Origin: Thermodesulfobacteriota bacterium
Lineage (GTDB): Bacteria > Desulfobacterota > Binatia > UBA9968
Assembly (NCBI GenBank): GCA_036794995.1
Contig: DAIRFP010000001.1
Span: forward strand, 25,549 to 89,548
Length of the DNA stretch: 64,000 bases
Direction: 5' to 3'
Both the position numbers and the translations under genes were made by a program. Within the stretch, counting starts at the first letter, position 1; each line of letters starts with the position of its first letter. Of this stretch, positions 52,891 through 63,162 are shown in pieces. The notes beneath the pieces are model-generated. The model was not told the origin of the DNA and did no database searches. It was given only the letters and a program-made list of their open reading frames with translations.

Positions 52891-53427
52891 ATGAGCAAGA
52901 TTCTAGTTTTTGCACCTCAAAGAATGATACAGCAGGCGATTGTGTTGTCACTTTTTTCTGATCACGACGTTCAGTTGTGTGTCGGTTTAGGGGAAAACAG
53001 CTCACCCGCCGTAAACGATTTTGATTTAGCGATCGTCGATGCGACTGCCTTGCGGAACGTGAAAGCACCCGCAACCCAACTGCTGAAGAGGATTCAGGAT
53101 GGGAAGATTCCGACGGTCTGGATCGAGGAGGCCGGAGGGGACCAGGAGCCGTGTGGCGACAACTTGGCGGTACTCAAGCGACCGATTCAGAAAGATGCGT
53201 TGCAATCCGCGGTTGCAGCGTGCCTGACTTCCTTGGATGCAAAACCGCACGCGAAGCGGCGCGCTGTGAAGAAGGAAAAAAGTAGATCACCGAGAACTAC
53301 GGCAAAGCAAGCGAGCATCGATGTGGCGCCTCACGTGACGGGCTTTCAGGTTATTGAGCTGGTTGACGTCGTGGAAGAGGCCCCGGAGCGTAACCAGAAT
53401 AATAAGCAACAGGGAAAGACGAAATAA
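52891..53427 (+). CDS. Receiver-like (pseudo-REC) domain protein with a basic/low-complexity tail
   Basis: 178 aa. KILVFAP...DLAIVDA...PTVWIEE...VLKRPI follows REC beta1/beta3/beta4/beta5 spacing, but the beta1 acidic pair is missing. Ends 4 nt before valS. Confidence 0.45.
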   Translation: MSKILVFAPQRMIQQAIVLSLFSDHDVQLCVGLGENSSPAVNDFDLAIVDATALRNVKAPATQLLKRIQDGKIPTVWIEEAGGDQEPCGDNLAVLKRPIQKDALQSAVAACLTSLDAKPHAKRRAVKKEKSRSPRTTAKQASIDVAPHVTGFQVIELVDVVEEAPERNQNNKQQGKTK

Positions 53428-53431
53428 TGAC

Positions 53432-56200
53432 ATGGAACTAGCGAAGGCCTACTCGCACAAGGACGTTGAAGCTAAATGGTACGCCTATTGGGAGCGATCG
53501 GGGGCGTTTAAGCCGGCGGCAGGGAGTGGTCTGTATTTTTCCATGGTCATTCCGCCTCCCAATGTGACCGGATCTCTGCATATGGGTCATGCGCTGAACA
53601 ATACGCTACAGGATATTCTCTGCCGCTACCAAAGGATGGACGGGAAACGCGTTCTTTGGGTGCCGGGCACGGATCACGCCGGCATCGCCACGCAGAACGT
53701 CGTCGAGCGGCGTTTGGCGGCGCAAGGTCTGAGCCGCACCCAGGTGGGGCGAGAAGAATTCGTCAAAAGGGTTTGGCAGTGGAAGCAGGAAGCGGGCAAC
53801 GCCATCTTGCATCAGCTGAGAGCCCTCGGTATTTCCTGCGATTGGGAGCATGAACGCTTCACCATGGATCAAGGGCTTTCCCTAGCCGTGCGTGAAGCCT
53901 TTGTGCGCCTTTGGGAAGATCGCCTTCTCTATCGCGCCCAGAGACTCATCAATTGGTGTCCCCGCTGCAAGACAGCGCTTGCCGACATCGAGGTGATTCA
54001 TGAAGAATCCGACGGCAACCTTTGGTTCATTCGATATCCATTTGCGGATGACCCGTCGCAATCATTGATCGTCGCCACGACACGGCCTGAAACCATGCTT
54101 GGCGATACCGCATTGGCGGTGCATCCTGACGATCAGCGCTATCGGGGCTTCGCCGGCAAGAAGATTCGGCTGCCCATAACTGGCCGCGTGGTGCCGCTGC
54201 TCAATGATTCCTATGTTGATCAGAACTTCGGGACCGGTGTTTTAAAAGTCACTCCGGGTCACGACTTCAATGATTTTGAGATCGGCGAGCGCTTTGGTCT
54301 GGATCGGATCAGCATCTTCAATGCCGATGCGAGGATCGATGGCTCGGCGTTTTCCTCCCGGGGCGAGACGGGAGACTGGATCGATCGGTACAATTTGAAA
54401 GATCGGTTCGAGGCAAGGAAGCTGTTGGCGGCCGAGCTGAAAGAAAAGGGTTTTTTGAAAAAGGTCGAACCCTACCGTCTTGCGATTGGCCGTTGTTACC
54501 GTTGCCAGACCGTGGTCGAGCCGTATCTTACGCCGCAATGGTTCGTCAATATCAAGCCATTGGCGGAGCCGGCGCTGCGGGCGGTGCGGGAAGGTGGGAT
54601 TCGAATTATTCCCGAAGGGTGGACCAACTCCTATTTTGCATGGATGGAAAATATCAAAGATTGGTGCGTTTCGCGGCAGATTTGGTGGGGGCACCAGATA
54701 CCGGCCTGGTATTGTGTCGCCTGTGATGCGGGGAATCTGATTCGCAACCATGAAGGTGAGTATATTTTTACCAAAGACGCCCATCCGATCGTGGCTCGGC
54801 AAACACCGAAGAGTTGTCCCCAATGCGGTGGTCACGAGTTGGTCCAGGATTCCGACGTATTGGATACCTGGTTTTCTTCGGCCCTCTGGCCGTTTTCAAC
54901 TCTCGGCTGGCCGGATACGACGGACGATCTCAAGAGTTTCTACCCGACGTCCGCGCTGGTCACAGGCTTCGATATCTTGTTTTTCTGGGTAGCCAGAATG
55001 ATCATGATGGGGCTAAAGTTCATGGAGGATGTGCCGTTTCGGGACGTTTACATTCACGCACTGGTTCGCGATGAGCAAGGGCAAAAAATGTCGAAATCGA
55101 AGGGCAACGTTATCGACCCACTCGACATCATGAGCCAATACGGGACAGATGCGTTCCGTTTTACGCTAGCCGCCATGGCCGCTATGGGTCGGGATATCAA
55201 GCTCGCCGAGGATCGCATCGCCGGCTATCAAAATTTTGTGAATAAGCTCTGGAATGCGGCGCGTTTCGTTCTTATCAACCGTGGCGAGCATGCAAGTAGT
55301 CAGGAGGATCATGAACGCATTCTTGCTAGAAGCGACCTGAATTTGGCGGACCGTTGGATTCGCTCCCGTCTTGCATCGACCATCGCTGAAGCCAGAAAAG
55401 CGATCGACGCTTACCGATTCAATGACTACGCCAACGTTCTATACCAATTCATCTGGCATGAGTTCTGTGATTGGTACATCGAGATGAGCAAGCTGTCCCT
55501 GAACCGCACGATGGGCGCGGATCCCAAGCAAAGTCAGCGGTTGCTGGTGGAGATCCTGGAACAGATTCTGTTGTTGCTGCATCCGATCATGCCGTTTATT
55601 ACCGAGGAGATCTGGCAAGTGTTGGCAGGACCCGAGTCAAAAAAACCACGTGGCAGCTTAATGCTGGAGTCCTATCCTGGTATCCAACCAGGTTGGATCG
55701 AAGCGGAAACCGAGAAAGCGATGGAATTTCTGATGAACGCGGTTCGTGCTACTAGAAATCTGCGCACCGAAATGAACTGTCCGCCGGGTAAGGAAGTCAA
55801 AGTCGTTTTCCACGGTCCGGCGCAGGAGCTATCTTTTCTACGGGCGCAGGAGCCCTATCTTCGGTTGCTGGCGCGCATCGGATCCGTTGAGTATCTGACT
55901 TCCGGCGAGCGACCCAAAGGTGCTGCCATGGCGATTGTCGGCGGCACGGAAGTGCTTCTCCCGCTGGGGGATATGATCAACCTGAAGGAAGAGCAAACGC
56001 GATTGACCAAAGAGGTGGACAAGATGGAAGAGGAGCTTTCACGGGTTCAAAAAAAGCTTTCTAACCCTGATTTTTTGGGCAAAGCGAAAGCAGAAGTTAT
56101 TGAGAAAGAGCGGGAGAAGTCAGCTCAATACATGGAGAAACTGCGCACCCTCAACCTGAGTCTGGAACGGCTCGGGGAAATCGAACAAGGAAGGAACTAA
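53432..56200 (+). CDS. valS: Valine--tRNA ligase
   Basis: 922 aa from the ATG at 53432 with a HIGH-type motif (PNVTGSLHMGHAL), KMSKS and a C-terminal coiled coil. Confidence 0.97.
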   Translation: MELAKAYSHKDVEAKWYAYWERSGAFKPAAGSGLYFSMVIPPPNVTGSLHMGHALNNTLQDILCRYQRMDGKRVLWVPGTDHAGIATQNVVERRLAAQGLSRTQVGREEFVKRVWQWKQEAGNAILHQLRALGISCDWEHERFTMDQGLSLAVREAFVRLWEDRLLYRAQRLINWCPRCKTALADIEVIHEESDGNLWFIRYPFADDPSQSLIVATTRPETMLGDTALAVHPDDQRYRGFAGKKIRLPITGRVVPLLNDSYVDQNFGTGVLKVTPGHDFNDFEIGERFGLDRISIFNADARIDGSAFSSRGETGDWIDRYNLKDRFEARKLLAAELKEKGFLKKVEPYRLAIGRCYRCQTVVEPYLTPQWFVNIKPLAEPALRAVREGGIRIIPEGWTNSYFAWMENIKDWCVSRQIWWGHQIPAWYCVACDAGNLIRNHEGEYIFTKDAHPIVARQTPKSCPQCGGHELVQDSDVLDTWFSSALWPFSTLGWPDTTDDLKSFYPTSALVTGFDILFFWVARMIMMGLKFMEDVPFRDVYIHALVRDEQGQKMSKSKGNVIDPLDIMSQYGTDAFRFTLAAMAAMGRDIKLAEDRIAGYQNFVNKLWNAARFVLINRGEHASSQEDHERILARSDLNLADRWIRSRLASTIAEARKAIDAYRFNDYANVLYQFIWHEFCDWYIEMSKLSLNRTMGADPKQSQRLLVEILEQILLLLHPIMPFITEEIWQVLAGPESKKPRGSLMLESYPGIQPGWIEAETEKAMEFLMNAVRATRNLRTEMNCPPGKEVKVVFHGPAQELSFLRAQEPYLRLLARIGSVEYLTSGERPKGAAMAIVGGTEVLLPLGDMINLKEEQTRLTKEVDKMEEELSRVQKKLSNPDFLGKAKAEVIEKEREKSAQYMEKLRTLNLSLERLGEIEQGRN

Positions 56201-56205
56201 GAGTC

Positions 56206-57060
56206 ATGGATATCCTCGTCAGTCCTCAGATCGAGCGATTGATTCGCGACGCCTTGGATGAGGACATCGGCGCCGGCGATTTAGCAACCATGGCGACCAT
56301 TTCAGCCGAGTCTCAGGGTAAGGGGTTGTTTCGCGCCAAGAAAGATGGCGTGGTGGCGGGATTGGTGCTACTGGATCGGATCTTCTACTTTATCGATCCG
56401 AAGGTAGAGGTACGTCTTTTGACCAAGGATGGCAGCCAAGTGAAGAATGGTACAGTGGTTGCGGAAGCCGCAGGTCCGGTGCGCGCACTCTTGCTTGCCG
56501 AGCGGACGGCTTTGAACTTTCTCCAACGACTATCGGGGACGGCGACGTTGACCCGCAAATACGTCGACGCCGTGAAGGATTTTTCTTGCAAGGTTTTGGA
56601 TACGAGGAAGACGACGCCCGGGCTTCGAACTTTAGAGAAATACGCTGTGCGCATGGGCGGGGGAACCAATCACCGCATCGGGCTTTACGATGCCGCACTT
56701 GTGAAAGACAATCATATCGAAGCAACGGGGTCTATCGCCGACGCGGTTAAGGCCGTGAGACGCCATGCGCCATTTATGGCAAAAGTCGAAGTGGAGGCCG
56801 GCAATTTAAAGCAGGTCCAAGAGGCGATGGATGCCGGGGCGGATGTGATCATGTTGGACAACATGACGATTTCACAGATGGCGGAGGCGGTTCGATTGGT
56901 CAATAAACGTGCTTGGATCGAGGCTTCCGGCGGCATCACTATGGATAGCATTCGCCAAGTCGCCGAGACGGGCGTGGATTTTATCTCGGCGGGGGCGCTG
57001 ACCCACTCAGCGCCCGTAGTCGATTTCAATATGAAGATCACGATGAATGCCCGTTCATGA
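56206..57060 (+). CDS. nadC: Nicotinate-nucleotide diphosphorylase (quinolinate phosphoribosyltransferase)
   Basis: 284 aa. ERTALNFLQRLSG, KTTPGLR and KDNHI motifs are typical of NadC. Confidence 0.92.
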   Translation: MDILVSPQIERLIRDALDEDIGAGDLATMATISAESQGKGLFRAKKDGVVAGLVLLDRIFYFIDPKVEVRLLTKDGSQVKNGTVVAEAAGPVRALLLAERTALNFLQRLSGTATLTRKYVDAVKDFSCKVLDTRKTTPGLRTLEKYAVRMGGGTNHRIGLYDAALVKDNHIEATGSIADAVKAVRRHAPFMAKVEVEAGNLKQVQEAMDAGADVIMLDNMTISQMAEAVRLVNKRAWIEASGGITMDSIRQVAETGVDFISAGALTHSAPVVDFNMKITMNARS

Positions 57061-57886
57061 TCCGGTCAAGACACAAAGCCCGGGGGCGATCGGCGAACCC
57101 CTGCGGCTTCAGGAAGTCCAGGACGGCTTGACGACGAGACGTCTTGGCAAGCTCCTCCACTATTTTTCACAGATCAATTCTACCAACTCTTACGCCCGGC
57201 TGCTTGCCGAACAAGGAGCGGATGAAGGTGAGGTTGTCGTTGCGGAAGCCCAAACTCATGGTCGCGGGCGCTTGAGTAGAAGCTGGGTATCGCCGCCCTT
57301 TTTGAACCTGTATTGCTCCGTGATACTCCGTCCCAAGCTACCGCCGGTGCATGCCCCGCAGCTCACCTTGATGGCTGCGGTAGCTCTGGCTGAGACGGTT
57401 GCTTCGTTTATCGCTACCGAACCCGCCATCAAATGGCCCAACGATATTCTGGTGGGGGGAAAGAAACTCGCCGGAATCTTGACCGAATCGTCGTGTCGGG
57501 CCGACCGGATCGAATTCGTCATCCTGGGTATCGGCGTCAATCTGAATTACCCGGTTGTGCTGATGCCAGATACTATTCGCGGAGCAGCGACTTCTATTAT
57601 AAGTTTGACGCAAAACAGCGTGAGCCGCGAGTTGTTTGTGCGGAGATTGATTCAAGACCTCGACCGGTGCTATGGAGAACTCGAGGAAGCGGGTTTTGGT
57701 GTCATTGCGCCGCGCTGGGAGGCACGTTTTGGGTTGCGGGGAAAGAAAGTCCGAGTCGAGATGGCGGATGGGATTCTGATCGGAACCGCCCGGGGTATCG
57801 ATCAGGACGGTGCTCTCATCGTGGAAGACGGGCGACAGGAGCGGCGGCGGATTGTCGCGGGTGACGTGGTGCCTATAGACGGTTGA
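57047..57886 (+). CDS. birA: Biotin--[acetyl-CoA-carboxylase] ligase (group I, no HTH)
   Basis: 279 aa with the GRGRLSRSW biotin-binding loop and KWPNDI. Overlaps the nadC 3' end by 14 nt. Confidence 0.9.
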   Translation: MPVHDPVKTQSPGAIGEPLRLQEVQDGLTTRRLGKLLHYFSQINSTNSYARLLAEQGADEGEVVVAEAQTHGRGRLSRSWVSPPFLNLYCSVILRPKLPPVHAPQLTLMAAVALAETVASFIATEPAIKWPNDILVGGKKLAGILTESSCRADRIEFVILGIGVNLNYPVVLMPDTIRGAATSIISLTQNSVSRELFVRRLIQDLDRCYGELEEAGFGVIAPRWEARFGLRGKKVRVEMADGILIGTARGIDQDGALIVEDGRQERRRIVAGDVVPIDG

Positions 57887-57897
57887 ATTGGAAGAAC

Positions 57898-58692
57898 ATG
57901 CTTCTTGCCATCGATATCGGCAATACCAACATCGTCCTGGGCCTATACCAGGGCAAAAAACTAATTACTCATTGGCGTCTTTTGACCGAAGCGGAGCGAA
58001 CCGCTGACGAGTACGGCGTGATCATTTCGCATCTCGTTTCATCCAAAGGGTTCCGTTGCAATCAGATCCATTCCATCGTTGCCTCTTGCGTGGTCCCTCC
58101 GATGGTGAGTATGACGCAAGAGCTCGCCGCCAAGTTTTTCGAGCTCGAACCGCTGATGGTCGGTCCGGGGATCAAGACCGGGATGCCGATCTTGTACGAC
58201 AGCCCTAAGGACGTGGGCGCGGATCGCATTGTGAATGGTATCGCCGCGTATGAAAAGTATTGCGATACATGCATCGTGGTGGATTTCGGTACCGCCACGA
58301 CGGTGGATCTAATCTCCCGGAAGGGCGAGTATGTCGGAGGCGCGATTGCGCCGGGCCTGTTGATTTCCCTGGAGGCTCTGTTTCAGCGGGCGTCTAAACT
58401 TCCCAGAATCGAGATTGTTAAACCTAAAGAGGTCGTGGGACGCAATACAGTCAATTCCATGCAGGCCGGGATCTTCTTTGGTTACGTCGGCCTCGTGGAC
58501 GGCATCGTGAAACGGATTCAGAAGGAAAATCGCGTTCAAGCCAAAGTTGTGGCAACCGGAGGCGTGGCGCCCTTGATTGCGTCAGAATGCTCCACCATCA
58601 GCGAGATCGACGAATTTCTTACCCTGGACGGACTTCGAATTATCTATGAGAGGAATGCCTTTGAAGAGGTGAAAGTAAAAGCGCAAAAATAG
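57898..58692 (+). CDS. coaX: Type III pantothenate kinase
   Basis: [15 protein letters not shown] and DFGTATT motifs. An alternative TTG start at 57883 overlaps the birA stop. Confidence 0.92.
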   Translation: MLLAIDIGNTNIVLGLYQGKKLITHWRLLTEAERTADEYGVIISHLVSSKGFRCNQIHSIVASCVVPPMVSMTQELAAKFFELEPLMVGPGIKTGMPILYDSPKDVGADRIVNGIAAYEKYCDTCIVVDFGTATTVDLISRKGEYVGGAIAPGLLISLEALFQRASKLPRIEIVKPKEVVGRNTVNSMQAGIFFGYVGLVDGIVKRIQKENRVQAKVVATGGVAPLIASECSTISEIDEFLTLDGLRIIYERNAFEEVKVKAQK

Positions 58693-58721
58693 GAAGGTTC
58701 GAAAGGAGGAATCCCACGGCT

Positions 58722-60827
58722 ATGGCTACAGTGGAGTTGGATAAACTGCGTAACATCGGCATTCTGGGTCAAGGCGGCTCTGGCAAGACTTCCTTAGCAG
58801 AGGCGATGCTGTTTGCGGCGGGGGTGACGCAGCGGCTGGGGAGGGTCCAGGACGGGACGTCGGTGTTCGATCATGAACCGGAAGAGATTAAACATCATGT
58901 TTCGATCGTGACCGCCTTTCACTCCTTAACGTGGAAGAAACACTCTTTTTATGTCGCGGACACACCTGGCTACGCGGCGTTCTTGGCGGATTCGATAAAT
59001 TGCCTGCGCGGGTTTGGCGGCGCGGTGTTGGTGTTGAATCCATCCGTCGGCCTCAGAGTCGAATCGGAACGTTTGTGGGCCAAAGCCAATGAATATCGCA
59101 TCGCCAGGTTGCTATTCATCAACAAGATGGACCATGAACAAGCCAATGTCGAAGAGCGTATCGACTCAATCTTGGAGGGGCTGGAAGCCAAAGGCCTTTA
59201 TCTCCAGATCCCCATTGGCGTTGAGGCGGAGTTCAAAGGCGTGGTGGATCTGCTTTCCATGAAAGCCTATTGCTATGAGGGAGATACCGGAAAATTTGCA
59301 GAATCGGCAATGCCCGCCGACTTGAAAACCGCAGCTGATGAAATGCGCCAGAAGCTAGTGGAAGCCGTATCAGAAATCGACGACGAGCTCTTGGAAAAAT
59401 ATCTGGACGGCAAAGAACTCTCGACGGAAGAGCTGAAGGGAGCCATTCGTAACGGGACGAGGGAGGGAAAGCTCTATCCAATTTTGTACGGTTCGTCGAC
59501 TCGTCAGATCGGCATTCCTCAATTCCTCGATGCCGTCATGGATTACCTGCCTGCGCCGATGGAGGAAGGTGAAATGGAAGGCAAGAATCCGATAACAGGT
59601 GAGTCCGAGAAGCGGCGGCAGGACCCCGGAGCCCCCTTTTCCGCCTATGTGTTTAAAACCATCGTTGATCCTTTTGCCGGGAAACTATCTGTGATGCGGG
59701 TCATTTCCGGCAAGCTTGCTGCGGATGGAGTGGCCTACGATCCCAACAAGCAGGTTAAAGAAAGAATCGGCCATCTGTTTCGTTTGGAAGGGAAAAAACA
59801 AGAGGCGGTTAGAGAAGCTTGCGCCGGGGAAATCGTGGCGACCGCTAAATTAAAAGACGTCACCACTGGGGATACGCTGTGCGACGAAAAAGCGCCGATC
59901 CAATATCCCGGGGTGGAGCATTTTTCTCCGGTGATTTCCTTTGCACTGGAGCCGAAGAGCAAAACCGACGAGGAAAAATTGCCCCAGGGGCTACAGAGGA
60001 TAAGGGAAGAAGATCCGACGATTGATCTCCATCGCGACGAGGAAACTCGTGATTTTATCCTTTCGGGCATGGGACAGCAGCATATCGAGATTATCGTTGA
60101 AAAGCTCAAGCGCAAGTATGGCGCCGAGGTCGTGCTGAAAGCACCAAAGGTGCCTTACAAAGAAACCATCAGGGGCAGCGCCAGCGCCCAAGGGAAGCTA
60201 AAGAAGCAGTCTGGGGGCAGAGGACAGTATGGAGACACCTGGCTAAAGATCGAACCGCTCCCCCATGGTAAGGGATTCGAGTTCGTCGATGGGATCGTCG
60301 GCGGCGCCATCCCACGCAACTACATCCCAGCGGTGGAAAAAGGGATCCGGGAGACGATGGCCGGAGGGGTGATCGCCGGCTATCCCATGGTGGACGTTCG
60401 GGTTACCCTTTACGACGGCTCCTATCATGACGTGGATTCTTCGGATATGGCGTTCAAGATCGCCGGCTCCATGGGTTTCAAAAACGCAGTGGAAAAGGCA
60501 AAACCGGTGCTGCTCGAGCCGATTATGAACATGGCAGTCACCGTACCCGACGAATGTATGGGCGACGTCATTGGCGACCTCAATAGCCGGCGGGGCAAGG
60601 TGGTTGGGATGGATACCAAAGGACACAGCCAGGTGATTAAATCCAAGGTGCCGATGTCCGAAGTTTTGAAATATGCGCCCGACCTGCGCTCGATCACCAG
60701 TGGACGCGGGGAGTTCCACCTGGAATTTTCGCATTACGAGGAACTGCCGCCTCACTTGTCGGAGAAGGTGATCAAGGAAGTGAAAGCGCGGCTGGCGGCG
60801 GAGCAGCACGGTGAACACAAGGCTTGA
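58722..60827 (+). CDS. Elongation factor G paralogue with divergent GTPase motifs
   Basis: 701 aa with five-domain EF-G architecture (INKMD G4; QSGGRGQYG domain IV). G1 is GQGGSGKT rather than AHIDAGKT, and G3 is DTPGY rather than DTPGH. AAAGGAGGA SD. Confidence 0.85.
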   Translation: MATVELDKLRNIGILGQGGSGKTSLAEAMLFAAGVTQRLGRVQDGTSVFDHEPEEIKHHVSIVTAFHSLTWKKHSFYVADTPGYAAFLADSINCLRGFGGAVLVLNPSVGLRVESERLWAKANEYRIARLLFINKMDHEQANVEERIDSILEGLEAKGLYLQIPIGVEAEFKGVVDLLSMKAYCYEGDTGKFAESAMPADLKTAADEMRQKLVEAVSEIDDELLEKYLDGKELSTEELKGAIRNGTREGKLYPILYGSSTRQIGIPQFLDAVMDYLPAPMEEGEMEGKNPITGESEKRRQDPGAPFSAYVFKTIVDPFAGKLSVMRVISGKLAADGVAYDPNKQVKERIGHLFRLEGKKQEAVREACAGEIVATAKLKDVTTGDTLCDEKAPIQYPGVEHFSPVISFALEPKSKTDEEKLPQGLQRIREEDPTIDLHRDEETRDFILSGMGQQHIEIIVEKLKRKYGAEVVLKAPKVPYKETIRGSASAQGKLKKQSGGRGQYGDTWLKIEPLPHGKGFEFVDGIVGGAIPRNYIPAVEKGIRETMAGGVIAGYPMVDVRVTLYDGSYHDVDSSDMAFKIAGSMGFKNAVEKAKPVLLEPIMNMAVTVPDECMGDVIGDLNSRRGKVVGMDTKGHSQVIKSKVPMSEVLKYAPDLRSITSGRGEFHLEFSHYEELPPHLSEKVIKEVKARLAAEQHGEHKA

Positions 60828-60843
60828 TCGGAGCGCAGGCTCG

Positions 60844-61056
60844 ATGGCGCAGTCCTTCGATCAATTCAACGCGGCTTTACTCTACTGTAACAAGTGCCGC
60901 AAAGCCATGCCGGTGAGGGAGCGGCTGCTTCTCGTGCTGCCCGACGGCGAGTTATACGATTATACCTGTCAGGGATGTAACAGCTCGGTGGGTTCGAAGA
61001 CCGAGCGGGCGGGACTCAAGCAATCCTTAGGCAAAACGAGAATTGGAGGCGCATAA
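60844..61056 (+). CDS. Small zinc-ribbon protein
   Basis: 70 aa from the ATG at 60844 with CNKC...CQGC (CxxC-x29-CxxC). Lies 16 nt after the EF-G paralogue and 2 nt before the next gene. Confidence 0.45.
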   Translation: MAQSFDQFNAALLYCNKCRKAMPVRERLLLVLPDGELYDYTCQGCNSSVGSKTERAGLKQSLGKTRIGGA

Positions 61057-61058
61057 AA

Positions 61059-62087
61059 ATGATGGTTATCGATTCGGACGCGCATGTCTTGGAAACGGAG
61101 CGAACCTGGGACTACATGCTGGAGTCAGAACGTTCGTATAGACCCCGGATAGTGGCGACGCCCAACGATGACAGTTCCGGGGGAGAATCCTGGTTAGTCG
61201 ACGGCAATTATATCGGCAAGGCTCGCAACGTGGGTGCGGATACGTCCAGAGCCGCTCGAGAAATGGATGATATCAGGGGCCGTCTTACCCACATGGATGA
61301 ACTAGGTATCGACGTGCAGGTGCTCTATCCAACGATATTTTTGCGACCCTATACGAAGCGACCGGAGGTAGAATGCGCCGTTACGCGAAGCTACAACCGC
61401 TGGCTCATCGATATTTGGCAAAAGGCTCCGGAAAGACTGCGATGGGTAGCGGTTTTGCCGCTTCTTTCTATGGACAAAGCGTTGGCAGAGGCTCGTTTCG
61501 CTAAAGAAAACGGCGCCTGTGGAATTTTTATGCGTGGTCTGGAAGGGGATAAACGGCTGAGCGACGCACACTTTTTCCCGCTCTATGAGGAAGCGGGCCG
61601 ACTGGATTTGCCGATTTGCGTCCACTCGGCCACGGGTAGTTTCGCGCTGCATGACTTCTTCCTGAGTGAATCCGGGTTCTCCAAGTTTAAGCTTGCGGTG
61701 GTCGGCTCCTTTCACGCGCTGATCTTCCATCAGATCCCCGAGCAGTTTCCGAAGACCAAGTTCGCGTTCATCGAGGTCAGCTCGCAGTGGGTGCCCTATG
61801 CGATTCATGACTTTGCCCGACGCTTGGAGCGGGGCGGAAAAAAGGTCGACAAGTCAGAGGTTCTGCGCAAAAACAGAATCTACGTCGCCTGTCAAACCGA
61901 TGATGATCTTCCTTACGTGCTGAAATATTCCGGTGAGGATCAATTGGTTATCGGAACTGACTACGGACATAATGACACGTCTTCGGAGATCCTAGCATTG
62001 CGCAAACTCAAGGAAGATGGGCATGTGCCAACGCGCATTGTTAATAAGATCCTTGATGACAACGCCAGGGCACTGTACGGCCTTTAG
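61059..62087 (+). CDS. Amidohydrolase_2 family protein (ACMSD/TIM-barrel metal hydrolase-like)
   Basis: 342 aa with N-terminal IDSDAHV (HxH-like metal ligands) and later HSA...H, GTDYGH. Confidence 0.7.
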   Translation: MMVIDSDAHVLETERTWDYMLESERSYRPRIVATPNDDSSGGESWLVDGNYIGKARNVGADTSRAAREMDDIRGRLTHMDELGIDVQVLYPTIFLRPYTKRPEVECAVTRSYNRWLIDIWQKAPERLRWVAVLPLLSMDKALAEARFAKENGACGIFMRGLEGDKRLSDAHFFPLYEEAGRLDLPICVHSATGSFALHDFFLSESGFSKFKLAVVGSFHALIFHQIPEQFPKTKFAFIEVSSQWVPYAIHDFARRLERGGKKVDKSEVLRKNRIYVACQTDDDLPYVLKYSGEDQLVIGTDYGHNDTSSEILALRKLKEDGHVPTRIVNKILDDNARALYGL

Positions 62088-62136
62088 TCACTAAGCAGTC
62101 GCATCAGGTTGTCCGTCACTCCTTGATCGGAGTCCT

Positions 62137-63162
62137 ATGGTAATTGATTTTCAAGCCCATATTTATCCGCAGGCGTACCTCGATGAGATGAGGCGCATCG
62201 ATGGCGCCGTGATCCTGGAAGCGCCGGATCCCCACAGCGGCATGACCTATTTTTACGATAAGAAACTCGGTTGCCGGATCAATACCGCGACCTTCCAGGG
62301 ACAGGATATTGAGCGCCGACTCCAGCACATGGATCAGCTGGGAATAGATATTCACATTCTGACCATTCCAGCTCCCGGGGCCGACCGCTTTGAAGGCCAA
62401 GATGCCGTCGGCCTTGCAGAGATCGCCAACAACGCGGTGGCGGCGATTTGCCGGCAATACCCCAACCGTTTCATTGGATTTTTTACCCTGCCGACATGCT
62501 CGATTAGAGATTCCCTCAATGAGCTCGAACGCGGAGTCCACGAGTTGGGGCTGAGAGGCTTTGCGTGCTTTGCTAACCTCAACGGCAAAGCTCTGGATCG
62601 CGAGGAACTGTTTCCCATTTACGAGCGGCTCGTCCGATATAAGCTTCCCGTCTATATCCATCCGACTGCGCCGCTTGCGACCGCGGCCACCGGATTGGAT
62701 ATTATGCCGACGTTGATCTTCGGCTGGGCTTTTGACAGCACGGTGGCGATGACTCGCTTAATTTACGGCAGAGTGCTGGAAAGATTCCCAGAAATTAACT
62801 TTGTGGTCGCAGACGTGGGCGGAGTACTGGCCTTCTTCGCGCAACGGGCGATCAATATTTACAGCGGTCGTACCGAGGAGATCCGGCAACGGTACGGATT
62901 GACGGAAAACCCCCTGGACTCATTCAGGAGATTTTACGTCGACACCGCGGATCACCCGGCTTCGACGTTACGGTGCGTGAAGGATTTTTTTGGGGTGGAC
63001 AGGATGGTGCTTGGCACAAACTATCCCTACGGCCCCCAGGAAGGTTGCCTGTTGGTGAGAAACAGCTTGAAAGCCATCGACGGCTTGGAAATCAATGAGC
63101 CAGAAAAAGCACAGATTTTGGGTGGTAACGCTGCCCGAATTCTCGGAATAGGAGCGGCATGA
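62137..63162 (+). CDS. Amidohydrolase_2 family protein (paralogue of the preceding gene)
   Basis: 341 aa with N-terminal IDFQAHI, VYIHP and LGTNYPY. Same fold pattern as 61059..62087. Confidence 0.7.
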   Translation: MVIDFQAHIYPQAYLDEMRRIDGAVILEAPDPHSGMTYFYDKKLGCRINTATFQGQDIERRLQHMDQLGIDIHILTIPAPGADRFEGQDAVGLAEIANNAVAAICRQYPNRFIGFFTLPTCSIRDSLNELERGVHELGLRGFACFANLNGKALDREELFPIYERLVRYKLPVYIHPTAPLATAATGLDIMPTLIFGWAFDSTVAMTRLIYGRVLERFPEINFVVADVGGVLAFFAQRAINIYSGRTEEIRQRYGLTENPLDSFRRFYVDTADHPASTLRCVKDFFGVDRMVLGTNYPYGPQEGCLLVRNSLKAIDGLEINEPEKAQILGGNAARILGIGAA

